From Candidatus Hadarchaeota archaeon (GTDB lineage: Archaea; Hadarchaeota; Hadarchaeia; Hadarchaeales; JAGGTB01), in NCBI GenBank assembly GCA_964384105.1, contig CAYLJV010000002.1:192834-256833 (forward strand): a stretch of DNA of 64,000 nt, given 5' to 3'. Below the pieces are notes generated by a model. That model was given only the letters and a program-made list of their open reading frames with translations, had not been told where the DNA came from and searched no databases. Each line of letters starts with the position of its first letter. Positions within the stretch are counted from its first letter, which is position 1. The position numbers and the translations under genes were made by a program. Below, piece after piece: positions 8,603 to 17,646 of the stretch.

Positions 8603-9514
8603 CTAGGATTTAACTTCCCAATCCGTATATTCCTCGTCTCTAAGGTCTTTTATCAAATTTAAAGCCGCTTCAGCACCTTCTCCAACTGCTGTAGCTACTT
8701 GTCTCGCACCACCTGTACAGTCGCCCGCAGCATATAACCTTGGCAGCCCCGCAGAAAGATCCTCATTTACCACTATAGTATCACCCTCTACTGGAATCCC
8801 CAAACTCTTAGCAAAAGAAACGGACCCACTGGTTCCGACAGCCACGAAAAGACCATCTAACTCTACTTCACCATTCCCAAGTACCAAACCTTGAAAACTT
8901 TCTTCCCCTAAAATCATATCGATCTTTTCTTTCACAACCTGAATCTCCTTCTTTTCGATCTTCTCTTTCAAACTTTTCTCAAAATCCACATCGTCCCCGT
9001 CGGTGAATATAGTTACATCACTTGTATACTCGGAAAGCTCGAGTGCTTCCTTTGCAGCATAGTCCTTCGAACCCAAGAGGCCAACTTTTTTATTTTTGTA
9101 AAAGGGTGCATCACAAACAACACAATAACTTACTCCTTCACCTTCAAATTTTTCTATTCCCTCAATTGATGGCTTCTGATGCTGAATACCCGGCGACAAA
9201 ATTAACCCGCTTCCTTGATAGCTTTTTTCTGCAGTCTCCACTATATAATCCTCTTCTTCGATACGTACGACCAACGCCTCTTTATTAAGAATTTTAGTCC
9301 CGAATTTCTTTGCCTGCCTCCTCCCTCTTTCGAGCAGCTCTTTTCCCGAAATACCCTCAGGAAAACCAAAATAGTTCTCTATAGATTCAACCTTATCCAG
9401 CATCCTATCTTGCTTATCCAATAACAATGTCTCAAAACCAGCACGAGATGTATAAGTCGCAGCTGTCAGTCCTGCAGGACCACCTCCTATTATAATAACA
9501 TCAAACTTCTCCAT
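8603..9514 (-). CDS. trxB: Thioredoxin reductase (FAD/NAD(P)-binding, CxxC active site)
   Basis: DVIIIGGGPAG N-terminus, redox CVVC, 303 aa. Confidence 0.8.
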   Translation of the reverse strand: MEKFDVIIIGGGPAGLTAATYTSRAGFETLLLDKQDRMLDKVESIENYFGFPEGISGKELLERGRRQAKKFGTKILNKEALVVRIEEEDYIVETAEKSYQGSGLILSPGIQHQKPSIEGIEKFEGEGVSYCVVCDAPFYKNKKVGLLGSKDYAAKEALELSEYTSDVTIFTDGDDVDFEKSLKEKIEKKEIQVVKEKIDMILGEESFQGLVLGNGEVELDGLFVAVGTSGSVSFAKSLGIPVEGDTIVVNEDLSAGLPRLYAAGDCTGGARQVATAVGEGAEAALNLIKDLRDEEYTDWEVKS

Positions 9515-9604
9515 ATCAAGACCCTTTCTAATTAGTATTCAAACCTGGTAACAATTAATCTTTGCTTTTTACAAAACTTTAACGACCATAAGCTATATAA
9601 GTGT

Positions 9605-9620
9605 ATTCGAATATCTGAAT
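9605..9620. promoter_or_regulatory. Operator-like motif ATTCGAAT-ATCTGAAT (copy A) in divergent trxB / Zn-ribbon-trx promoter region
   Basis: 8-bp perfect palindrome ATTCGAAT followed by a degenerate half-site; near-identical copy at 11667-11682, each followed by GAT(T)AAGATGTCA(A)GATG. Confidence 0.4.
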
Positions 9621-9633
9621 GTTGATGATTAAG

Positions 9634-9807
9634 ATGTCAAGATGTGAAATCTGTAATGAAGAAGGAAGCAGACTGCAAATAACGCACAAAGAACACGGAA
9701 AAATAATGGTATGTCAAAACTGCTGGAAAAAAATAGTCAAAGAAGGTAAAAGGATAAGTGACGTGACCAGCTCTTCGGGAACAAGCTGTTCAGCCTGCGG
9801 AATTTAG
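9634..9807 (+). CDS. Small zinc-ribbon protein (CxxC...CxxC...CxxC), first gene of trx operon
   Basis: MSRCEICNEEG...CQNCWKK...CSACGI; start chosen at 9634 because the start context is conserved with the arsR start (track ORF begins at 9619). Confidence 0.45.
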   Translation: MSRCEICNEEGSRLQITHKEHGKIMVCQNCWKKIVKEGKRISDVTSSSGTSCSACGI

Positions 9808-9847
9808 AATATTAATAAAAGACTCTAATCTAAACACGTAAAAGGAG

Positions 9848-10183
9848 GTGTTAAATTTGAGTAACAAACCTGTAGACCTTACTAGCGAAGAATTGGAAGC
9901 AGCAAAGAAAGATAAATCAGCCATGGTTGTTGACTTTTGGGCGGAATGGTGTGCACCATGCAAAATGGTAGAACCAATCATAGAATCTCTAGCAGAAAGC
10001 TACGGAGATGAAGTATTTTTCGGCAAGGTAAATGTAGACAAGGAAAGAGATGCCGCAGTAGAATATCAAGTCTCCAGTATACCAACGATTCTTTTCTTTA
10101 ACGATGGAGAGGTAATCGACAAAGTAATTGGAGCGATTCCAGAGGATCAATTGAAGGAGAAAGTAGAAGAGATCATTGGCTGA
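9848..10183 (+). CDS. trxA: Thioredoxin
   Basis: WCAPC active site; strong SD aaaggaggtg; true start may be TTG at 9856. Confidence 0.85.
   Translation: MLNLSNKPVDLTSEELEAAKKDKSAMVVDFWAEWCAPCKMVEPIIESLAESYGDEVFFGKVNVDKERDAAVEYQVSSIPTILFFNDGEVIDKVIGAIPEDQLKEKVEEIIG
9935..9963. repeat. 29-nt stretch identical at DNA level with 12190-12218 (thioredoxin active-site region of the two trx paralogues)
   Basis: ttttgggcggaatggtgtgcaccatgcaa present at both loci. Confidence 0.8.
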
Positions 10184-10204
10184 ATTTTATTTTTCTACTT
10201 ATTT

Positions 10205-11575
10205 TTAAGGCTCTTCTAGATTACCCAAAGCCCAAGAAACCACTTCAGAAAGAGCTGGATGGATATGGATTGAATTATACAAAGGCTTTATAGTACCATC
10301 TCCAGCATACATTAGATTCACTATCTCCTGGATTAGAATGGGTGCAAAAGGGCCGATGATGTGAGCTCCGAGAATTTTTCCATCTTTTCTATCTATAATT
10401 ATTTTACAAAAGCCGTCTTTCTCCCCCATAGCATATCCCTTGGCTGTGTCCTTATAGTTAGATCTTGCAACTAAAACATCATGGTCTTTCTTTACCTCTT
10501 CGACCGTAAGGCCAACACTAGCAACCTGCGGTCGTGTAAAAACCGCCGAGGGAATGGCGTGATAATCTACTGAAGCTTTGTGATCAGAAAAAGCATTGTG
10601 CTCCGCTATAGATGCCTCATAGTTTGCAGCATGTTTAAACATGTATTTTCCAATAGCATCTCCTCCAGCCCAAATACCCGCCTTAGTTGTCTCTAGATAC
10701 TCATTTACTTTGATCCAACCCTTTTCATCAAGTTCGACTCCAGTATTCCCAACTTTTAACAAGTCCGCATTAGATTTTCTGCCTATTGCAACCAAGATAG
10801 ATTCGCCGGTTATTTTTTTCTCCTCACCAGATTCACCATCTCTAGCTACTGCAAATTTGTTTTCATCTTCATCTTCTCCAACGCGTAACACTTTACAATT
10901 TGTTCTAATATCAACTCGAGAGGAAAGTTTCTTTTCTAGTAAATCTGATATTTCCGGGTCGTGGTCCGAGAGTAGCCTCGACCTGGCTAAAAGAGTAACA
11001 TCTGTACCGACAGCGGCGAAAAAGTGAGCGAACTCCGTAGCAATATATCCACCCCCCAAAATTATCAGACTATCCGGTTTTTCGTTTATATCGAAAATGT
11101 TCCTATTAGTAAAATAATCAATATCCTCAACCCCCTGAATAGGAGAAACTATGGGCCTAGAACCAGAAAAAAGAAAGATTTTATCGGCTTTTATTCGCTC
11201 CCCTGAAACCTCCATGGTATAATCGGAAACAAACCTTCCAACATCATTAAAGAAAGTAATATTTGGCGTCTCGTCCAAATTTCTCTTCATTTCCTTTCGG
11301 TCTTCCAAGTAGATTTTTCTAGTTCTTTCCATAATCCGTTCAAAATCTATCTCGGGTCTCTGAAACTTCACACCCAATTTCTCAGCCTCGTCAGCTTCGG
11401 AAATTACATCAGCTGGATATACCATAGTTTTTGAAGGAATACATCCTCGGTTTAGACAAGTACCGCCTAGAGGGTCTTTATCAACCAGAGCGACTTCCAA
11501 ATTCATCTCTACAGCTCTCGAAGCTATATTCATTCCCGAACCAGAACCGACAATTAGTACATCAAATTCTCTCAT
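10205..11575 (-). CDS. Class I pyridine nucleotide-disulfide oxidoreductase (dihydrolipoamide dehydrogenase-like)
   Basis: FAD fingerprint VLIVGSGSGM, redox-active GGTCLNRGCIPSK, C-terminal HIHPALSE dimerisation motif. Confidence 0.75.
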   Translation of the reverse strand: MREFDVLIVGSGSGMNIASRAVEMNLEVALVDKDPLGGTCLNRGCIPSKTMVYPADVISEADEAEKLGVKFQRPEIDFERIMERTRKIYLEDRKEMKRNLDETPNITFFNDVGRFVSDYTMEVSGERIKADKIFLFSGSRPIVSPIQGVEDIDYFTNRNIFDINEKPDSLIILGGGYIATEFAHFFAAVGTDVTLLARSRLLSDHDPEISDLLEKKLSSRVDIRTNCKVLRVGEDEDENKFAVARDGESGEEKKITGESILVAIGRKSNADLLKVGNTGVELDEKGWIKVNEYLETTKAGIWAGGDAIGKYMFKHAANYEASIAEHNAFSDHKASVDYHAIPSAVFTRPQVASVGLTVEEVKKDHDVLVARSNYKDTAKGYAMGEKDGFCKIIIDRKDGKILGAHIIGPFAPILIQEIVNLMYAGDGTIKPLYNSIHIHPALSEVVSWALGNLEEP

Positions 11576-11666
11576 ACGAGATCATTGACCTTTTTATGAG
11601 CATTTACTAATAATAATTAACTATAACCGGAAGATTTTAAATAAAAACCCAAAGAAATATAAATAT

Positions 11667-11682
11667 ATTCGAATATTTGAAT
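11667..11682. promoter_or_regulatory. Operator-like motif ATTCGAAT-ATTTGAAT (copy B) in divergent lpd-like / arsR-trx promoter region
   Basis: See copy A; 8 nt upstream of the arsR ATG. Confidence 0.4.
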
Positions 11683-11690
11683 TTGATAAG

Positions 11691-12047
11691 ATGTCAGATG
11701 AAGAGATAAACAACAAAATACTCCAATTACATGCAGATCTATGTAAAATGCTCTCGAATCCTACAAGGCTCAAGATACTAGAGAACCTAAGAGAAGACGA
11801 AAAAATGGTCAGCGAACTAGTGGAAGAAGTCGGTGTGAGACAAGCCAACCTATCCCAGCATTTGGCCGAACTCAGGAAAAGGAACTTAGTAAAGAGCAGG
11901 AAAGATGGGACGAACGTATATTACAAAATTGCGAACCCCAAAATTATCCAAGCCTGCGACCTCGTTAGAGAAGTATTGTTTGATCAACTTTCTGAGAATA
12001 GGAAGCTCGTAAAACAAGGTGAGAACTATGAGTCAGGAGCCAGATAA
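11691..12047 (+). CDS. ArsR/SmtB-family transcriptional regulator (two Cys; candidate redox sensor)
   Basis: wHTH region LSNPTRLKILENL...LVEEVGVRQANLSQHLAELRK. Confidence 0.75.
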   Translation: MSDEEINNKILQLHADLCKMLSNPTRLKILENLREDEKMVSELVEEVGVRQANLSQHLAELRKRNLVKSRKDGTNVYYKIANPKIIQACDLVREVLFDQLSENRKLVKQGENYESGAR

Positions 12048-12435
12048 AGAGCTGGAACGGCTAAAAAGAAGAAAAATTGAGAAAATAATAGAAAACAGGA
12101 ATAAACCAGATTTTCCGGACTCACCTATAACCCTGACGGATGAAAATTTTCAAAAAAACGTGAACAAGTATCCCATTCTAGTTGTAGATTTTTGGGCGGA
12201 ATGGTGTGCACCATGCAAGGCCTTGGCCCCTGTAATTTCTGGACTGGCTAAAAAATATGCTGATGACATAGTTTTCGGAAAAATGAATGTAGACAAAAAT
12301 CAAATTTTGCCTAAAAAATTTCAAATTTCAGGGATTCCGACTATAATCGTCTTCAAAAACGGAGATCCTGTAAATAGAATAACCGGAATGGTTCCTAGAA
12401 AGAAACTTGAAGCTGAATTAAATAAATATTTGTGA
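12028..12435 (+). CDS. Thioredoxin (second paralogue, N-terminal extension)
   Basis: WCAPC motif; overlaps arsR 3' end; track ORF starts at 12019. Confidence 0.8.
   Translation: MSQEPDKELERLKRRKIEKIIENRNKPDFPDSPITLTDENFQKNVNKYPILVVDFWAEWCAPCKALAPVISGLAKKYADDIVFGKMNVDKNQILPKKFQISGIPTIIVFKNGDPVNRITGMVPRKKLEAELNKYL
12190..12218. repeat. Second copy of the 29-nt trx active-site DNA repeat
   Basis: Identical to 9935-9963. Confidence 0.8.
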
Positions 12436-13151
12436 AAATGGAAGATCTCTTTCTGCTTCAAAAAGAGGGACTAAAAGAAAGCAAATTGATCGAAAGACTG
12501 AATCGTTTCACTCTAAAAGTACGAATAGGTTCAAAAACCGAGAAAGTTTATTTAAGAAACTCTGGTGCTTTAAGTACTGTACTATCTCCTGACAGAACCG
12601 TGCTTCTAGAAAAAGTCAACGGAGAAAACAGGAAAACGAGATTCAACGTATTTGCTATAAAAATAAAAGAATTATTTGTCACAGTCGACTCAATCTTGCC
12701 CAATAAAATATTTCCAAAAATTTTAGATAAAGGTCTCCTTCCGGAATTAAAGCGGTACAAACAGATCATCAAGGAACCAAGACTACCTGAACATGGAAAA
12801 GCTGATTTCCTTCTAGAAAAAGGGGAAAAGAAGGCATATATAGAAATTAAATCTTGCACTCACGTGGAAAACAGAATTGCTAAATTTCCAGATAGGCCAA
12901 CAAAAAGAGGCCGGAGACATCTGGAGAACCTCACGAAATTGTCAGACGCAGGACACGAGAGCTATATAATATTCTTCGTTCAAAGACCCGATGCAGAAAA
13001 GTTCCAACCATTTAAAGAGATAGACCCCAAATTTGCCGCCCTGCTAAAAAGATCTAGAGATAAAGGAGTAAATATTAAAGCTTTTTCAACCGAGTTTAGA
13101 CCTCCAGTTCTTTTTCTAAAAAATAGAAATTTAGAAGTAAAGCTACTGTAA
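12432..13151 (+). CDS. sfsA: SfsA-family protein (sugar fermentation stimulation protein homologue)
   Basis: 239 aa; ATGA overlap with trx; family-typical size and pattern (low-moderate confidence from sequence memory). Confidence 0.5.
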   Translation: MKMEDLFLLQKEGLKESKLIERLNRFTLKVRIGSKTEKVYLRNSGALSTVLSPDRTVLLEKVNGENRKTRFNVFAIKIKELFVTVDSILPNKIFPKILDKGLLPELKRYKQIIKEPRLPEHGKADFLLEKGEKKAYIEIKSCTHVENRIAKFPDRPTKRGRRHLENLTKLSDAGHESYIIFFVQRPDAEKFQPFKEIDPKFAALLKRSRDKGVNIKAFSTEFRPPVLFLKNRNLEVKLL

Positions 13152-13171
13152 TAATTTCTAAGAGCAGATTT

Positions 13172-13783
13172 TCAAAGATATTTCAAAAGTTCGTCTTTAC
13201 CAGCTTCCCTAATTCTTTCCCTCATCAAATTCAGAAGTTTCTCGATTCCCTCACCTGTCTTAGCAGAGGTGGGGACAATTATATCCACCCACTGCCTCCA
13301 CGGAGGGTAAAAACCTAATTCCGAACAGATCCCATCGAGCACTTTGTCGCGTTTACTTGAATCGACTTTATCGATCTTATTGGCCGAAACTATCGGCCTT
13401 AGGTCCAACTCCTGCAGAAAATGAAACAGCTCTATACCGACAGGTATTTGATCCCTATTCTTCCACCTCTCAGCTATCTCTAGAAAAGCCGAAGCATCGA
13501 TTACCTGTATAGCAAATAATATATTATCCGATTCCTTCTCCAAATAACGGACTATTTCCGTTTTTATTCGCTCCTGCTCTTTCTCATCGACTCCCGCGAT
13601 ATAGCCAAAGCCTGGGAGATCCACAAGTTCGAGATTTTTTCCTAATTTGATACCTTCAAAGCTCCGGGTGACACCGGGACGCTTCCCAACCTTCACCTTT
13701 TTTCCAGTAATCGCCCTTATTATACTAGACTTTCCAACATTAGACCTTCCAGCAACTACAAACTTTTCCAATGAGGTCACCAA
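13172..13783 (-). CDS. engB: GTP-binding protein EngB/YihA
   Basis: G1 GRSNVGKSS, G3 DLPG, G4 NKIDK. Confidence 0.75.
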   Translation of the reverse strand: MVTSLEKFVVAGRSNVGKSSIIRAITGKKVKVGKRPGVTRSFEGIKLGKNLELVDLPGFGYIAGVDEKEQERIKTEIVRYLEKESDNILFAIQVIDASAFLEIAERWKNRDQIPVGIELFHFLQELDLRPIVSANKIDKVDSSKRDKVLDGICSELGFYPPWRQWVDIIVPTSAKTGEGIEKLLNLMRERIREAGKDELLKYL

Positions 13784-13893
13784 CTTAACTAATAATATTT
13801 TATCTCAATAAATCCAATCGATCTATCATTATTCAAGAACATCAAAATATCGAAAAAATACAAAGAAAAATAAAAAATAAGAAAGAGAAGAGA

Positions 13894-15027
13894 TTAATCG
13901 AAAATATCTGTCTCTCCTTCTCTATATAGAGTACCTATTCGATTTGTGTACTTCATAGAATCTATGACTAACTCCTTTGATACACCAAATGGCATATTAT
14001 GGATGGTTTCATGGGGATCTATCGCCGCTTCTGCTGCAGTATCGAGTTGGTCAACTTTGACATTGAGCTGTTCCAAAGTTATTGGGAGGTCTAAGGTGTT
14101 GTAGAAATTCAGCATCTCTTTGATTACTGATTTGGGTTTGTTCTCCATTACTAACTGTGTCAATAAACCGAACGACACGATTTCTCCGTGATTTCCTTCA
14201 AGTGAATCCAAGTTCGTAAGACCATTATGGACCGAGTGTGCGGCAGCGAGACCGGTAGACTCGAAACCAAGACCTGATAGCAAAGTAACGGCTTCAACTA
14301 CCCGCTCCAATGCCGGGGTAACTACGTTTTCCTCACAGGCCTCCTTAGCTTCAAAGCCGTAGTTCATAAGAATGTCATGAGAAAGTTGCGAAAGTTTCAG
14401 TGAAGCCTGGGTTCCCAAACCACTATCCAGTAGAAGGTTTTTAGACGCACTATTTACGCAGACTTCAGACTCAAATTTACAGGCTGAAGTATCACCCATA
14501 CCGGAAACAAGGAACCTCGTAGGCGCTTCTGCAACAATTTTTGTATCCAACACAACAAGATCGGGGTTCTGGGGATAAAACTCGTATCGATCGAATACAT
14601 GGCCTTCTTTTGTATAAACAACGGAAAGTGCACTTATTGACGCATTTGTAGCCGCTGTGTTAACCAATGCAACTTTAACATCCATTTTATCCGAAACTAA
14701 CTTAGCTAGGTCCATTATGGAACCACCACCGACGCCTATAACGAACTCTGCCTCTTCTGCCTCCCCTTGGGAGGCCAATCTTTCTGCATCCTCATCAGTA
14801 CAGTATCTCTCACCGCTCGAGTAAGCGACTACTTCACCATCTGCTTCTGATATCGAATCTCTTATGGATTCTTCACAGCTTTCCAAAGATCTGCTCCCAC
14901 CGAAAAGGAATCCTTTCTTTCCTAGAAGAGGGACCCACTTATCGAATTTACCGACAACGTTCGCCCCTAAAGCAAATCTAGTTGGAGCACCGAAAGTTTT
15001 TGGAGTATTATAAATATCTTCAGGCAT
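13894..15027 (-). CDS. egsA: Glycerol-1-phosphate dehydrogenase / glycerol dehydrogenase family (iron-containing ADH fold)
   Basis: GVGGGSIMD NAD motif, metal-binding His cluster (AAAHSVHNGL); archaeal context favours G1P dehydrogenase. Confidence 0.5.
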   Translation of the reverse strand: MPEDIYNTPKTFGAPTRFALGANVVGKFDKWVPLLGKKGFLFGGSRSLESCEESIRDSISEADGEVVAYSSGERYCTDEDAERLASQGEAEEAEFVIGVGGGSIMDLAKLVSDKMDVKVALVNTAATNASISALSVVYTKEGHVFDRYEFYPQNPDLVVLDTKIVAEAPTRFLVSGMGDTSACKFESEVCVNSASKNLLLDSGLGTQASLKLSQLSHDILMNYGFEAKEACEENVVTPALERVVEAVTLLSGLGFESTGLAAAHSVHNGLTNLDSLEGNHGEIVSFGLLTQLVMENKPKSVIKEMLNFYNTLDLPITLEQLNVKVDQLDTAAEAAIDPHETIHNMPFGVSKELVIDSMKYTNRIGTLYREGETDIFD

Positions 15028-15034
15028 TCGTATT

Positions 15035-15071
15035 TCACCTCCTTTACAAACTGCTTTAGATTTAACTATTA
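15035..15071. repeat. ~37-nt 5'-leader repeat (copy 1) immediately upstream of egsA start; second copy at 16726-16761 upstream of the SBP gene
   Basis: tcacctcctttacaaactgctttagatttaactatta vs tcacctcctttatcaactgctttgatttaattatta (minus-strand reading contains SD aaggaggtga). Confidence 0.6.
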
Positions 15072-15197
15072 GAATTGGAACTTTAAAGCTTATGTAAATG
15101 ATGATATAGAAAAATTCGACTCAATCGCCAACAAAAAGAAGATTGCGAAAAATAAAAAATAAATAAAAAGAAGAGAGGATTTCCCTCTCAGAATATT

Positions 15198-16721
15198 TTA
15201 CTGATCTTCGATTGGACCCCAATCAGGGTTCCACCAGTATCCTTCACTAGCCTGCCAGAAAGGATAAGACACTCGAACTGTTCCACCAAGTGGAGCTTCA
15301 AGACCTGAAACGTCCTCGGGGAACCAATGTCCCTGTTGTGGGTAGTAGTACTGTCTACCATCAACTTCCTCTAGTATCCAGTTATGTGAACAGACAGCAC
15401 CAGTCTGAGGTGCTTCTTCACCCATGGCATAGAAAGAATACCTGTTCCACAGTTCACCATTGTTGTAAGTTTCAAACTCTACTTCTTCCATCGCTGTAGC
15501 CCAATTCCTTGAAGACTCACGGGCATCAGAATCCCAGAAACCACCGGCTTGACCTGCAGCCTTGAAAGCCATCAAAGCTGAAATGTAAGTCTGTGCGGCA
15601 GTGTACTGCCAGATAGGTCGAGACGTACCCCACCTATCCAATACTTTCTCGTATAGATCAACGACAAGATCAGAAGTCACTTCTCCACCGTACGGATGGG
15701 TGTTAGCATAGGAAGGGGCTCCAATAGCCTCTCCTGCACTATCCTCCCAGAAATAAGGTCCCATAGCTGAAACATTAATTCCGATAAGTGGTATTCCGAC
15801 ATCCAAGTCAGCCCACTGTTTAACTGGCGGAAGATCGTTAACCGACTGGACAACCGTAATGAAGTCTGGGTCTCGATTTCTTATCTGATCGTAGATTGGA
15901 GCGTAGTCTGCAGTGTTAACATCGTGAATTATCGTATCCAAAATCTCGTAACCTGCATTAGGCAAGTCACTCTCAAGCATCTCTAGAGTACCACGACCAT
16001 AAGCCGTATCCTCAACCATACAAACAGTCGTCTCAAATCCTGGTTCAGGATAACCCTGTTCAATCAAAGATTCGGAGACAGCATTTGCCTGCTGAGTGAT
16101 CAAATATGAGTGGTAGTAGTCGTACTGCTGAGCCATGAAGTAATTGTAGATATCATCCTCACCGACTCGCTCAATAGTTCTGACAGCAGAAGTAAATTGC
16201 GTTATATGTGGAACCGCAGACTCCTTCACCGCATCCATCATAGCCATCGTAACATCGTCAATAGCAGACTCAATAATCAAGTCTGGATTCTTACCAACAA
16301 GGGTTCGATAAACCTGAACACCCTCAGTAGTACTCTGAGCCGTGTCAAAAGGTCCTGCCAACTCAACATTCCAGTTTGGATAGTCATCTTCATGCCTCCA
16401 AGTCTCATTGTAATCCTCAACAAACAACTGTGTTAAACGCCAAGAAGCCAAACCTTGATCGGTCTCAATAGCACCAAGCCAACCGACAGTCACCGTCTTC
16501 TCCTCAGTCTCTTCTTCTTCCTCTTCTTCTTCCTGCTCTCCAGTACCTGGACCTATTTTCTGATTGATCTCATCCAAAGTATCCTTAATCTCATCGTTAG
16601 AAGAAGAAATATTTCTAGCAGTCATTAACGAAATACCAGAAACTACAATAGAAATAATCACCAGAATAACAACAGCCCACATGACTCCACTAGCTTGTCC
16701 TCGTTCATTCAAATTAATCAA
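15198..16721 (-). CDS. Branched-chain/neutral amino-acid ABC transporter substrate-binding protein (LivJ-like) with N-terminal TM anchor and poly-Glu linker
   Basis: N-terminal hydrophobic helix, QEEEEEEEETEEK linker, periplasmic-binding-protein type I fold pattern; TTG start. Confidence 0.65.
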   Translation of the reverse strand: MINLNERGQASGVMWAVVILVIISIVVSGISLMTARNISSSNDEIKDTLDEINQKIGPGTGEQEEEEEEEETEEKTVTVGWLGAIETDQGLASWRLTQLFVEDYNETWRHEDDYPNWNVELAGPFDTAQSTTEGVQVYRTLVGKNPDLIIESAIDDVTMAMMDAVKESAVPHITQFTSAVRTIERVGEDDIYNYFMAQQYDYYHSYLITQQANAVSESLIEQGYPEPGFETTVCMVEDTAYGRGTLEMLESDLPNAGYEILDTIIHDVNTADYAPIYDQIRNRDPDFITVVQSVNDLPPVKQWADLDVGIPLIGINVSAMGPYFWEDSAGEAIGAPSYANTHPYGGEVTSDLVVDLYEKVLDRWGTSRPIWQYTAAQTYISALMAFKAAGQAGGFWDSDARESSRNWATAMEEVEFETYNNGELWNRYSFYAMGEEAPQTGAVCSHNWILEEVDGRQYYYPQQGHWFPEDVSGLEAPLGGTVRVSYPFWQASEGYWWNPDWGPIEDQ

Positions 16722-16725
16722 TTTC

Positions 16726-16761
16726 TCACCTCCTTTATCAACTGCTTTGATTTAATTATTA
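16726..16761. repeat. 5'-leader repeat copy 2
   Basis: See 15035-15071. Confidence 0.6.
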
Positions 16762-16929
16762 ATATTTAAGGGTTTAAACATTACGATTATCGCCTTATCA
16801 ATTTAAAACACTATTTAGGGCTATATTAATTAAACAAAAAGAATAACCCCTTTTCCCGATTCCTTTCCAAAAAAGCTCTTATAAAAGGGGGATAATCAAA
16901 AAGAAAACCAGTATAAAAACTATTTTTTC

Positions 16930-17646
16930 CTATTCGCCGAAATAGGTCTGTTCAACGTATTCAGACTCCCCTAGTTCATCCGCCGAAATGGACTCTGACA
17001 ATTCACCCATATCAAGTAAATGAACAGTGTCAGCGACTTTCATAACGAAATCGATATTCTGCTCTGTAGTGATCATAGAGATACCCTTATCATTTAGCTC
17101 GTTTAGTTTACTAATTACATCTTCAACTATACCAACGGCTAATCCCATTGCAGGTTCATCAACTAACAGCAAATCTGGGTTTTTCATTAAAGCCATCCCG
17201 ATAGTGAGCATCTTTCTTTCTCCACCACTCAAGCTCTGAACTTCTTGCTTTTCTCTCTCATCTAATCTCGGGAAAAGACCAAGGACCTCATCCAATCTCT
17301 CTTGTCGAGCATCCTCATCCAAAGTTATACTACTCAACAATAGGTTCTCTGCCACGTTCATCGTTGGAAAGAAAGAACCTCTTTCTGAAGCGAGAGCTAT
17401 TTTCCTATGAGCTATTTCATGAGCAGCCAACGGAGCTATATTCTCCCCTTGAAATATTACCTCTCCTTCTACACCTTTCAATCCCATTATCCCGTTCATC
17501 AAGGTAGTTTTACCAGACCCATTAGGTCCAAGAAGAGCTACTGATTCACCCTTCTCTATCTCCATACTAATGTCCTTTATAACTCGAATTCTTCCATAAG
17601 AAATATTAACATTGTTTAATCTGAAAAAATCATTAGCCATTTTCAT
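16930..17646 (-). CDS. livF: Branched-chain amino-acid ABC transporter ATP-binding protein (LivF-like)
   Basis: Walker A GPNGSGKTT, LSGGERKM, LLVDEP. Confidence 0.8.
   Translation of the reverse strand: MKMANDFFRLNNVNISYGRIRVIKDISMEIEKGESVALLGPNGSGKTTLMNGIMGLKGVEGEVIFQGENIAPLAAHEIAHRKIALASERGSFFPTMNVAENLLLSSITLDEDARQERLDEVLGLFPRLDEREKQEVQSLSGGERKMLTIGMALMKNPDLLLVDEPAMGLAVGIVEDVISKLNELNDKGISMITTEQNIDFVMKVADTVHLLDMGELSESISADELGESEYVEQTYFGE

Noticed and set aside
16866-16912. CCCCTTTT...AAAAGGGG inverted repeat downstream of livF as a terminator
   Set aside because: Stem separated by ~27 nt loop; archaeal termination here is more simply explained by the flanking oligo-T tracts; too weak to call as a feature.
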